Below, one piece after another: positions 1 to 12,600 of a stretch of 64,000 bases of DNA. Numbering within the stretch: position 1 is the first letter of the stretch; each line of letters opens with the position of its first letter. The translations under genes were made by a program, and so were the position numbers. Source of the stretch: Dipteris shenzhenensis (taxonomy: Eukaryota); NCBI GenBank assembly GCA_047967505.1, contig CM106538.1; one strand, given 5' to 3'. The notes under the pieces are model-generated. The model searched no databases and was not told where the DNA came from. It saw only the letters and a list, made by a program, of their open reading frames with translations.

Positions 1-320
1 TCTATGAGAAAGGAGACAACATAAATTTCTAGGACAATTTTTCTTAGTGGCATAATGACCTTGATTAGAAAGTCATGGAGGTATGGTCACATTCCCTATC
101 CAGCCTATGTGGGTGCTTTGCCCTTGATTTTTAGTATGGAAGGTTTTTAGGTACAAGTGGAACCTCGCTAGGTTGTAGGTGTACTATTTAACACATCTTT
201 ACCTCAAAATCCATGAGCGCTCCAATCCCCTCTACGTATCTTGCGACATCGCCTTACACTTCACATCCTCACTTTGCCAAGAAGACATTTTTAATTGTAT
301 AAAAGAAAACAAAGTCAAAA

Positions 321-660
321 GCTTCTCTCCATTGAGCCAAACGTGGCATTTCTAGAGTGCCAAATGTTCACGATCATCAAACCTCATTGCTTAAAAATGG
401 TTTTAACCCTTCAAACTCAACTTTGCATCCAGCTCCAATGGGAAAACTTTGCCTCTATGGTTGAATGTCATGAAGTCAAGGTTCTCAGAGACTTTTCTCC
501 ATTGAGCCAAACGTGGCATTTCTAGAGTGCCAAATGTTCACTATCATCAAACCTCATTGCTTAAAAATGGTTTTAACCCTTCAAACTCAACTTTGCATCC
601 AGCTCCAATGGGAAAACTTTGCCTCTATGGTTGAATGTCATGAAGTCAAGGTTCTCAGAG
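321..660. repeat. 170-bp tandem duplication covering most of EMC5 exon 4 plus 3'UTR
   Basis: 321-490 and 491-660 are near-identical. Confidence 0.95.
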
Positions 661-672
661 AGATGCATTATC
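573..672 (-). CDS. EMC5: EMC5 exon 4 ([33 protein letters not shown])
   Basis: Acceptor GATGCAG|G completes the AG+G Arg codon from exon 3; DFMTFNHRG motif; TAA at 573-575. Confidence 0.9.
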
Positions 673-3600
673 CTGCATCATCAAATATAAATGAATTAAC
701 TAGAGTTTCAAACATTCCTACTTCACGAATGTTCTGAAATGAAAATGCCAGTTACACAAGATAATCACACCATATGAAATACGACTACTTGCAAGCAATG
801 ATGCATGTAAAAACACAGTTTCCCCCAAGGATACTCCCAATCATTTAAGGTGTGAGAACAGGTACAGAGTTCAAACAGCTCTTTTCCTATTACTGCAGGT
901 CGGAAAACATTTCAAGTTTCTATTTTCCTTTTCTACACCAGGGTGTTTCAACTTCCTACAAAGCTGCCAAGGCACCAGTAATTATTTCGTGTGTACTGCA
1001 TATACTTTCAATGGCTCAATATAGATGTGGATCAGATCAGTTCATACATTTTACATACTCCAGCTTTGAGAGCGAATTCTCCAACTCATTTGGAATGCAG
1101 CTGTTACATGCCTACTACTGCTTTTGCGATTACATAAGCAGTCAGCTCTTGCCCACTATAGGCTCCTTGCGGCTAGTTAGTATGCTATCTAGTTAGCTAG
1201 CTAGTCTAGAGTCTTTTTAGTAGGCTGCTGTTGTTGTTGCAACGTGGCACTTGGGGATCTATCCCATAAGCAATCTTGTAATTAGCAGCCAGTCCAGGAA
1301 CTATAAGTAGGATGATGTACTTCATTTATACATACCAGTGATCGTTCAGCTTTCATTAACATGATTCTAACAAGCTGAGTACTTGCTCAAGCTGAATTCT
1401 AAGAAGGAGATCACTCTCTACCTGTCCTTGTAGACCCTCACAAGTCCTGTGGCAGGCCCAGCCCATGACCTGCACTTTTCCCCAACTAATGAAGGTGCTT
1501 TTACTGTTTACCCTGCAATCTTTCCTAGCCTAGCTTTCAATGCTAGTAGCACATTTTCTCCAATTCAGTTCTGGCTATTTTCTGCTCGCTAGGGTCAAAG
1601 CTTGGTTCAGTAGTTACATATAACCAGAAATAGGGCCAGTCCTGTTGCATTGATATCAGAGCACAAAATCATGGGAAATTGTGGAATTGTTCATCCTTTT
1701 TACTTGCAAATCGAAGCGTGTGTTCTTGAGGCTATGGCACAACTCTGAGCCAAATTCTGTCACAGCAAGGTGCTCCAATCAGTGGATACCATGTCAGCCA
1801 GCAGACAGGCCCAATTTTCGAAATTGTCAGAAATTGAGTATTTTCTACATCAATCTGATCGCCTTGCCATCTTGATTATGCACTGTCAGGAGGACGTGAA
1901 ATTATGGGACTTTTGATTTGCGACTCCCGTAATTTGCGCATGACTGCCTTGAGCAGAGCCTGCCAGGGAAATTCGTTTTTACCCAGGGGCCAGTTTCAGG
2001 TGATCCAGAGCCTGCCAGGGAAATTCATTTTCAGCCAAGGGCCAATTTCAAGTGATCCAAAGCCTGCCAGGGAAATTTGTTTTACCCAGGGGCCAATTTC
2101 AAGTGATCCAGGGCCTGCCAGGGAAATTCGTTTTCATCCAGGGGCCAGTTCCAGGTGATTCAGGGCCTGCCAGAGCAAATCGCAATTGATCCAGCCTCCA
2201 GGAGCCTGTTGCAGATGGCGATTTTTCCAGGGTGCTTGTTCCAGGTTGCGATTTGCTTTTGGGCTCTTCCAAGCCATTCCAGGTGCTTGCGATTGGTTCT
2301 AGGGCTGTTCCAGAAGTTCTTGACTTGACTAGGCTGCTTCGGGTGAAATGCGACCTGATAATCTGGAGCTTTTGGGTGTTGTGACTGGTTTTGGTAACTT
2401 TCCTTCTAAGTTGCTCTTGGGGCTGTGCCAGGGCAAAATCAGCTAATCTCTGCAAGATCTAGGGTTTTCAAGCCCAGGTGACCTTTCTTCTGTGGATTCC
2501 GGGTAGAAGAAGGCTCGTCTTTGCCTACTTTTGCCGTTCCCTTGGGTTGCTGGCTAGTTATTGCGTTTGGGTTTCTTTCCTTGCGAAGAAGGGTTGATTT
2601 ATGCTGTTGGGCAGTGGCCAGGGAGGCTATAGATTGAGGCAACCCGCTGGGAAGTGTTTGGTTGTTTGATTGCACCAGAGTTTAGCTATTGAGGGCTTTG
2701 TCTTGCAGTTGTTCAGCCGTGTTTGGTTGGTTGGGCACTTGGTTGTGCGATTGCAGGTGTGCATCAAACAGTGGATGCTATTGGGGTCTCTGTTGCATAC
2801 TTTGGTTGGATGAGGATACAGGATTGTCTAGTGATTGGATGCCGATCACTGTTTGAAGTTGAGCAGGGAATTACAAGGTGGGCTGGACGGAGAGTCTGCA
2901 GGCATTGGTTTCCCTGTGGTGCAACTTCCCAGAGACCTTTGTAATCAGCCGCTTGGCTTCAAATGAATGTTAATAAATACCACAAGGGATTTCGATGTTT
3001 GGGACCAATCGGTGTCCTTGTTTCTGAGTAGGAGTGCTCTAGCTCCCCTGTCATTTGTTTTGCGGTGCATATTTACTTGTCAATTTTATGTGTATGCTGT
3101 AATAAAGTGGATCCTACCACCCTTTACGTTGTTGAGGCTGGTTTCAGTGGTTCCATTGCCGGGATCCACCTAACTTCTTCAAGAGGGGAGCCTCTGGTTG
3201 GCTTGGTGCAAATCCAGCAAACTAGGTGAAGAAGACAGCATACTATTCAGTAAATATGTCACACAGGGAGAGATCCGCGAGTCTTACTGAGAACGAAGAG
3301 AAAATGTCTCAGTCTCTTGGAGGTGACCAGGATGCAGGAGAGGAGACCCGACATGTTACAGAGCATCAGGATGATCGAACGGATGAGGGGGATGTGAAAC
3401 TATTCAAGGCACAGATGTAGAGTTTCATGAGTGCTTTCACGCAGTTCATCACACAAGATCCTCGCTTCTAGAAGATGATGAACTCAAATGTGCAGCCGAA
3501 GAAAAGGAAGCCTGATGATGGGGATAGGGATGTTGAATCTAACAAGCGACCACATGTCACTTTTCAAGATCATCCCTCTCAAATCCCCTATGGTCAGAAG

Positions 3601-6600
3601 CAGTCTTAACACGATAATAATTTTCAGTCCATGGTTTCCGGACAGCAAGGAGTTTTGGCAAACCCGGTTCAGCCAGGTTATTTTGGTGGTGGTTCAATGT
3701 TTCAGGCTATGGTCAGCCCACAAGCCCGATTTTTGGATATGCCTGCTAGCCAAACAGTTGGGTTTCAGCCTAGTTTACAGCCCATGGGATAGAACATGAT
3801 GTATGCAAATGTTGGAGCAGCCCCAAGGATGCAAACAGGTATGCCTAATGCAGCAATAGGTAACCTTGCTTTGGGAAATATGCATAATTCGGGTGCTGGT
3901 CTGAATAATACAGCTTTTCCTAATGTTGGTAGTGTGGGGGATAGAGTGAGTGCTGCTGTCCCTTTTGCCCAGGCACCTGTTTATGACAATTTGGCACCTC
4001 AAGGGAAGTTGAAGGACTTTAAAGAGGCAGATGCAGACGTGAAATTTGAGACATTTAGTGGGGTGCATGATAAACTTAAGGCCTTGACCTTTTTGCAGCA
4101 GTTTGATGCAGCCTACACAACAGGGAATTTCACAGAGTCATCCAAGATACACCGGGCTGCAAGTTTCCTAAAAGGGAATGCACTTTAGTGGTGGACCACT
4201 ATGCTTATGCAAAACACTGCACCAAACACGTGGGTAGGTTTCAAGCGGGTGTTTTCAACTGCGTGGCTTACAACAACTTTTGAAGTGGATATCATGACTG
4301 CTTGGCATGAGCTGAATTCCAATAATTGCCGTAATTTGGAGAATAACAGCAAGTTTTTGGCGGCTTTGTTGCCTGTTAGCTTCTACCGAATTGTTCCTTT
4401 CATTGAGCAGGTTGAGAAATATTGTTGCGGGCTGCCTAAGCGATTGAGAGACTACTGCACGAAGACTCAAGTCTCCAATATGTCTCAGCTTATCGAGAAT
4501 GCTAGCACGGCATATGCTTTGATGCAGGGGAGGACTTCTAGGTTCAAAGGTGGATAGAAGCAGGAATCTAAGAATGGATCTTCTGGGGATAAGTCTGATA
4601 GAAAAGCTAATCGTCAAAAGGATGAACGTTATCGTTTGTCTCCAGAGGAACGACGCGCTTTATATGAAGCTGGCAAATGTTTTATTTGCAAAGAGGAGGG
4701 ACATCGGTCTAGAGATTGTTCCAACCGTAAGAGAAAGGAGCCGGCTAGTGACACGGATGAGCCACGAAATGTTCCGAGGGGCAAGAGTTGATGATTCCAC
4801 AGCGGGTTGTTTACGGCTGGTTTTGTATAGCGCGGTATACAAGTACTTGTAAAAAGAATTTTGTATGGCAGAGTCTACCACTCTTTTTGGCATTCGATTT
4901 TGGATGATGTATACGGTTTGCAGGATGGTGTTTTCCCTGCTACTTTTGGATGCTCTTTTGTCATGAGATTTCAACAAAATGAGATTGCTATTTTTGTCAT
5001 GAGGTTTCGACAAAAATAAGAATGCTATTTTTGCCATGAGGTTTCGGTAAAATATGCATGTTATTCTTGTCATCAAGATTCGATAAGATGGGAATGATGT
5101 TTTTTGTCATGTGGTTTCGACAAAAAGAGAATGGATTCCCCTAGACCTTGGTTCCGGATGCGCAATTCCTGGAAGTGGTCTATGTCGTGCATCGTTGGCC
5201 GCGATATACGTGGTGTACTAGTCACAGTGGGTATACTAGTCGCTTGGTTTGCAATGCTATACGTATTTGTTATCTGCAGCTCTACAAATCGTATATGCAT
5301 TGTTGGTGATCTGTTGGCGGCATGGTTGGCTGGCCACTTTAGATTTGATATCTCAGGTACTTCGGATATTCATGATGTACCACTAGTGTGGGTCTGAAGA
5401 GATGGCCATAGGTGGGTAAAGCATGCATGAACTATCCCTGGGAAGTATAGTCTGAGCATCTATGTGCATGCATTAAGTGTTTACATATGCTCATGATGTA
5501 CCACTCGCAGTAGATCCTTAGGGATGGCACAAATGGTGTACCAAGTATTATGGCATTTGAAGTTGTATTGATTTGACCTCAAGGCTTAACTTGACCCATA
5601 AATAAAGGTCAAATATAGTTTTATTATTTAATAATGTCACAATTAATCTAAATTCCCGCATCAGAATGTGCACAATGTGCTTTACTTCACTTTTTTATTT
5701 CTAATTAGCTTTGAGCTCTCGAGTTTTGGCTAGGTGTCCCTTTTCCATTGCCATCTCGTCAATTGATCCGTCTTTAAATTGTAAAAATTTATATACTTTT
5801 CAAAGACGTTGATAGAGAGGACATGATGATCAAAAGCTAGTCCATGTGGTGGATTCCACTCTATGAAACTATATTCTTTTTAGCTCATTTGGACTATTTA
5901 GCTATTACCAATTCACCCCCCACCAAATAGTATAACACCTTGTTGGAAAGGTCACCTCCCCATCTGTAAGCCCCCATATGAGGAGAGCATGGGGGGGGGG
6001 GTGGACCTAGGTCCTGAGGGATGGCCACAGGGGCAGCAAGATGGCTGCCATGGGGGCAGAGATCAGAGGGAAAAAGGAAAGTACGTGGAGGCATCAAAGT
6101 GGCTGCATCACATGGCGATACATACATGGCATAGATCTTGCCTGGAAGAGGCAGATCTGAAGCAGCACAAGATGGCGGGGTATCCCGGGGTATAGGCGCC
6201 TACATGGCGAGGAGTGTGGGTAGGCACATGGCCTGGAACATACCCTAAAGATGGTGCAGGAATATGGCGGGACAGATCAGCAAACAGGTCGGCCAACAGC
6301 AGGGCTGGTTGGGGTTGGTTGAGCCAGCCAACCAGGCCTTGGTTAGGCTGGTCAAGAGGGCTGGGTCCCTGCCTAGAACAAAGGCTGTAAAGGGCCTAGT
6401 AAAGACCCTTATATAGGGCCCTGGTTGGGCTGGTAGGGGCAGCCAACCAGGTCGGAGACTGAGTCAGCCAAAATAGGGCTGACCAGTAGGCTATTTTGAC
6501 AAGGCCTTGGGCCTATAAAAGGAGAGGCCCTGGGCCTCATAATTCATCCAACCATTCAGCAAGAGCAGGAGCAGACAGGAGCAGCCAGAAGCCACTCCCT

Positions 6601-9600
6601 TGGGGCCTCACACTGGGGGTGAAGGAGAGTGGAAGGTGTGCTACAGACTGAGTTCCCTAGAGGCTGGACCTTGGCTGTCTTCTAGGGCAGCGAGCTGTTG
6701 TGATCATCATCTTCTGAAGTAGCAAAAGCAGGAACAGTAGGAGCAGCAAACACCAGCACACTTGGAGCCTATCCTGGAGGACCAAGGGACTTGGAAGGCT
6801 GCAGACCTAGCTCAGCAAGGTGCTGCCCACCTAGGCTGATTCACAGGCAGTAAGGTGGAGAAGAACACTCTGGACAGAGTCTACATAAGCTCGAGGTGGA
6901 GCACGTGGGCTCAGAGATCTAGAAGTGCTTGACATCTAGCAGGAGAACCTTTTGGTATTGTAACCTGTCCTACTTTGGGGACGGACGGAAATATAAAGTG
7001 TTGCTTCTATATTTGTCTCTGAGCATTGTCTATTTACTGGCTTGCACATCTATTCTATGCACATTAATTTGAAAAGTTTGTGAGCCTGTAATGAAGGGGG
7101 AAAAGAGGCCAAGTTAGAGGCCCTTTATGTGGAAAATGTGGAGGGACTATATAAGTCTCCATCCACCCCCTACTATGTACCTTTTTTATGTGACATCTAA
7201 AACTATCTACTCTCCCTCCTCCTTCCTACTGCCTGCTGCCTACGCTCACACTCTCTCCTCCCTCTCTCTATCTCTCTATCCCCTCATCCTTCTCTCTCTT
7301 CCTCTCTCTTTCCCCCCTCTCCTCTCTTCTCCTTCCTTCCTTCTGCTATTCTCTCCCCATCTCCAAATCTGTCCCTCCCCCCTTCACTACATTGGTATCA
7401 GAGCCAGGTACCTAGGGCCCTGTTCGGAACTGGCTTCAACATCAAGCTGTCAACGCTAAATCCTGTCCAGCCAACGCAAATCTGTCAACGCTCCTATCAA
7501 CGCCAAATCCTACCAAACGATGCACGTGAGCGATGGCAAAACGTGAGCAATTGCTGGCTGCAACGAATCCTAGCTCCAAGCACGTGAGAAATTTCTGGCT
7601 GCAAGCACGTACGGACCATCGTCAAATCTGCTGGCTTTTCAATCGGTAAATCCCGAGGGCTGTGGCACCAAATTCCAAGGGCTGAAGGCATCACTCAGAC
7701 CCGTGCGACGTGCGCCATCAACAAGACCTCGTGTGCTAGAGCCGTGTGCATCCCAACGTGCGCCATCAACGAGACCAAGAGCCTTGTGCATTCCATCAAA
7801 CGGTCATGACGCCGTCCTGTTCCACGCCCTCACTGCCTACCCGCGCCCGTGCGCCACCCTACTCGACGCCGTCCCTGCTTCTCGTTTTTCTTTTCTTGCA
7901 AAACGTTAGCCTACAAGGTTTGCTAACTAGGGTAGACTAACAGAGGGTTACTTTGGTTGGGTTTAGTTACTTTGGGTCTAGGTTAGGTTAGTGCTAACTA
8001 TGGTTAAAGGATGGGTTAGGTTGGCCTAAGACACTGACCTAACAGTCCTAAAGGTCTTAGGTTAGAGCTGTCCTAACTGTCCTAGGTGACTTAGGACCCC
8101 TTCCCTCTAGAAAAAAAAAAGGATAAAATGTTCACTTTTCAAGCTCTTTTTAGGGGCCTTTCACAGCCCGTTTGGAGCCATTTTGGCTCCGTTTCGAAGC
8201 TTCTTCGACGACCTTTCTTCCGAGCCTCTCCATCGACCTTGTCGTGTTTTCCCTACACTATCTCAGGTGCTCATTACAACAGGGTTTTTGTCACACGGGC
8301 GTGAAATTCTAAGTACTTTAATGTACTACAAGACCATGACAAATGTCACGGGAGCGTGAAATTCTAAGTACTTTAATGTACTACAAGACCGTGACAACTT
8401 TGGTTTTAAAAGTCCAAGCATGGGCTTAATAATGTGTAATTAAACGCGGCATGGTGCCTAACACATAAGCGTAATTAATCCCTAGGCCCAAAGGCATTCC
8501 AAAAAATTAAAAGAGTGGTTGTTGGGAAATGATGATGTGGCATTTTTAATGGGCCCCCTAGAGGGCCATGTATCTTCAATGGCCCCCCCTAGAGTTCCAG
8601 ATGGCTCTAGTGCCTTCTACATGCTCCTTTGCCATTCCTGGACCTTCCTGGGCCTTCTAAACTTCACATGTGTGGTTTTCTCTATCATCTTCTCCCTTTG
8701 TTGAGATTTTGGACTGGTTTTTCAGCCTCCTTCAGCTGAATTCCGTTTTTCTTCATAACTCCTCACCCGTTTGGATTCCTCGACACCCGTTTGGCCCGAT
8801 GGCTTCCCCTCTGCCTCCCCTTCGCAGTGATATGCTTTTCCCTCCGTGCGTTTGGTAGAATGGGCAGAGCTGAGCACTTCTTTTGCTGGTCGAATTTGCA
8901 AAAGTGGCTTTTTCTGGACCTTTTTGCTTCTACCGCCTCCTGGGCCTCTCCTCTTGCAAAGCTACACCTTTCTGTTGAATTTCGAGTGGTCCCAGGCGCT
9001 GGTTGACTGATTTTTCTCAGTTTTGGAGGACTTTCTAGCGATGAAACTTCTCCAAAACCTTCTCAATGCATTCCTCTCTGAAGCACACTTCTTTCAAGCC
9101 CAAGAACTCCCATTTCTTCGCGGCAGAAGTGCTTCTTTTCACATTTTTCAGTAGAATTCTTGCTAGTCGGCTCTTGTAAATGCTCTTTCTTCATGCCTTT
9201 GCACTCCTCTTTGGCTAAGAATGCAATTAGGCATTGGCTACTACGTCCTCTTGGCGATTGAGGACTTGGTTCGAGTTTTTAGGACTTGGTGAGTTGTGAT
9301 TTTGCTGCTGCAATTTCTTTTTGCCATAAGATATTGGTTGGCCTCGTGTGCCGCCTCTTTCTTGGTTCACAGGTGCCCAAGCAGTGCTACATGAGTCATT
9401 CTTTGGTTGGGTACTTTGCTGATTTTATTTTGGAGCTTTGAAAAGCTTTGTGAATGCCATCTGGAAACCACTCAAAGAGAGAGCAGCTGGGGTGCAGTGT
9501 GATTGCATATGGACAGCCAATGGAATTGCACTCGGAAAAGAGAATGCCTTTGGATTGAGCCTAAGGGTTAAGTGCACTTATGTGATGGTGTTCTATGCTT

Positions 9601-12600
9601 GAAAGCCTTGCGAAGGCTCAATGAATTGGGGCTGCGTGCTCAGTTGCAGGGAAGGTCCCCTAGATGCAACTCGTAATCATTTCACTGTGAAATATAATGA
9701 AATACCGAAAGGGGCGCCACGGTGTTTGGGGCCAATCGGGTGCACTTGTCTATGTTTGTTGAGCAGGGGCATTCTAACCTCCATCCCTTTTTCAGTGGTT
9801 TTGTTTGTGAACAAATGGGTAAATGCCAAATGGTGATCATGCAAAGGTTAATGGTTGTGATCTATGCTTTGTGAGCTGTAAATAAGTGCTGAAGTGATTA
9901 AAGGTTTAGTTCCACTGCCCTCTGAGTGATTAGAGGCCGGTTTCATTGGCTATCCATTTCTCCTCGCCTACATTCAAGCTCCTCTCTCCAGGGCCAGTCA
10001 CCATGCCACCGAAGCGTGCCCCTCGTGATATATTATATGACACTGATCAGGCTGTGCTGCTCCAGATCTGCCTCTTCCAGGCCAGATCTATGCCATGAAT
10101 GTATCGCCATGTGATGCAGCCACTTTGATGCCTCCATGTAATTTCCTTTTTCTCTCTTATCTCTACCCCCATGGCAGCCATCTTACTGGCCATGTGGCAT
10201 TTGGCAATGAGCTAGTCAAGCCACTTATTGCTTGGTTGCCAGCACGACATGTGGAAGATGGTGATGGAGATGGGGAGAGAATAGCAGAAGAAAGGAAGGA
10301 GAAGAGAGGAGAGGGGGAAAGAGAGAGGAAGAGAGAGAAGGATGAGGGGATAGAGAGATAAAGAAAGAAAGAAAGAAAGAAAGTCTATTAATGTCCACGC
10401 GAGACCAACAGGTCTATGGGACAGCAAAAAACCATCTAGTACATCTGCTTTAGGGAGGGCACATGGCAGATCCCAAGGAGTGCAAAAGCAACCCCAATTA
10501 TTTAGAATACCTACATCATAGTCTGAAGAAATAATCAACCATACATCAGTTTAAGACTCAGAGTCTTTTGGTTTTGATTTAAACTCTTTGATTAGTGCTA
10601 TGCCTTCATGATAAACTGCCCATCCTTCCTAGCAATCGTGACTTTAGCTAATTCCGTTGCCTTGTTCTTCAATTGAGCTCGTGTAAGTTCCTCAGCTATC
10701 CATATCTTAGTCCCTTTCAACTTGTAAGATTGTCAAAGAAGCTTGATCCGTAAATCTCGCGACTTGAGTGTAAGAATAGCATGTCCTTTGGAATGCCGGA
10801 TATTAGTTGCCCCGTCATCATCATTATCATCATCAACCTTCCATTCAAAGTTAGGCATGGCTGCTTTGACATGTGCTGAAGTCTCATTGAAAGAGTCATC
10901 ATCTTTGAACCATCCTTCAGGGAGCCCCCCCACTCTAATCTTCAATGCATTATCACGTCTGGCTTCATGTTCCTTGATCTCTTCTTGGATATCAGTCTTG
11001 TTTGCCTTTGTGTCAAACTCCTCAATCACTTCTTTCTTGATTGATTGTACTTCAGTATAAACCATATCTTTGACTGTAGAGACTAGTTGAGGAGTTAGGA
11101 GGAGAATTCTTACATGAGTCCACAACCTCAGCAATTAATGCCTCCTTGCCAGGTCCCTCTAGAACTTGAAGTCGAGCTTTTACTTCTGCCAGCTCAAGCC
11201 TTAACTCTCTAACTGCTTGTTGCAAATGATAAATCTGTTCATGTTGTCCAATGATAGGTCGTTTGGACCCTTCTTGCTGGTAATTGCGTGCATACGGAGA
11301 TGGTGTCATGGCTGCAACTGTAGAGTACCGAGTCCTGATAGTTGAGGTTGATGGAGTTGAGCGGGATTTGGAGGAGAGGGTAGGCCAATCAATATTGGCT
11401 ATTTCTGAAAACTCCCTAGCCGAACCTAACCCCCGAGTTGGGCTAGGAGTTTAGCCCAACTCGGGGTTAGAAAACCCTAGGGGCTTTGCTGCGAGAAGGT
11501 ACGGGCAGGTACGATGGACTGGTACGGGATGTACAAAAATGTGCGAAAAGAGTACGGAGAGCTGTACGACGACCTGTACAGGACTATACAACGACCTGTA
11601 CGGTGCTGTATGACGACCTGTAAGGGGGATGTACGACGAGCTGTACGGAGGGGTTACGAAGCTGTACGACGGGCTGTACGGAGAGGGTACGGAGAGCAGT
11701 ACGGCGGCCTGTACGGAGAGGCTAGCGGAGAAGCTGAGCGGAGAGGTTAGCGGGGAGGCTAACGGAGAGGCTGAGCGGGGAGAGGCTAGCGGGAGAGAGG
11801 GGGGAGCGGGGAGAGGCTGAGCGGAGAGAGGGAGGAGAGAGAGAATGTGAACGTAGGCAGCAAGAAGCAGGAAGGAGGAGGGAGAGTAGATAGGATTAGA
11901 TGTCACATCAAAAAGGTACATAGTTATATAGTCCCTCCACATTTTCCACCTAAAGGGCCTCTAACTTGGCCTCTTTTCCCCCTTCATTACAGCCATCCCT
12001 TCCCATAGAATTTTGCCCTCAAAATTTCATATGCGGGCTGTTACATAGGTGCAGCAAACAGCAAATAATAGTCAGCCCGGTAGGAGATAGGGATTGTCCT
12101 GGACAATGCTCTCTGGCTGCCATGAGTTCTCATCCTCAAGGAGTCCTTGCCACTTGATAAGATACTCGGTGTAGACTTTGTTTCGGAGTACGTGATCCCT
12201 GAAACCCATGATGCTCTTATGCTTCATTGACAAGCTGGGCTGCGTAAGGAAATACCTGAGTGTCCTATGATCTGTCTTAACCTTGATTTTGCTACCGTAC
12301 ATGTAGTGGTGCCATTTTTCAAAAGCATCAAGGATAGCCAACATCTCCTGATCATACACATGATAATCCAGTTCCTTGGCATCCAATTTCCTGCTTTCAA
12401 AAGCAATTACCCCGTGTTCCTGCCTTAGCACAGCCCCTAATCCTTTGCCACTGGCATCTGCCTCTACAATGAAAAATCAGAGCATACCAACACAGGAGCA
12501 TGAGTGAGGGCGAATTTCACGTCTTCAAAGCTGCGCTGTGCATCTGTAGACCACATAAAAGCATCCTTCTTCAAAAGGTCTATCAGAGGGGCTGCCCTCT

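Larger units (their letters stand above)
1125..4800 (+). mobile_element. Decayed Ty3/gypsy-type LTR retrotransposon, 5' part (LTR end, PBS, repetitive leader, gag); left edge approximate
   Basis: LTR-like end ...TTGCA at 1649, then TGATATCAGAGC (tRNA-iMet PBS variant, 1651-1662), then gag remnants. Confidence 0.65.

Noticed and set aside
295-737. Duplicated plus-strand ORFs of 76 and 74 aa
   Set aside because: They are the antisense of EMC5 exon 4/3'UTR and its duplication.
1956-2175. Regularly spaced repeats resembling a CRISPR array (also 4955-5126 and 46672-47000)
   Set aside because: The 'spacers' are themselves repeated, there are no cas genes, and the context is eukaryotic TE sequence.
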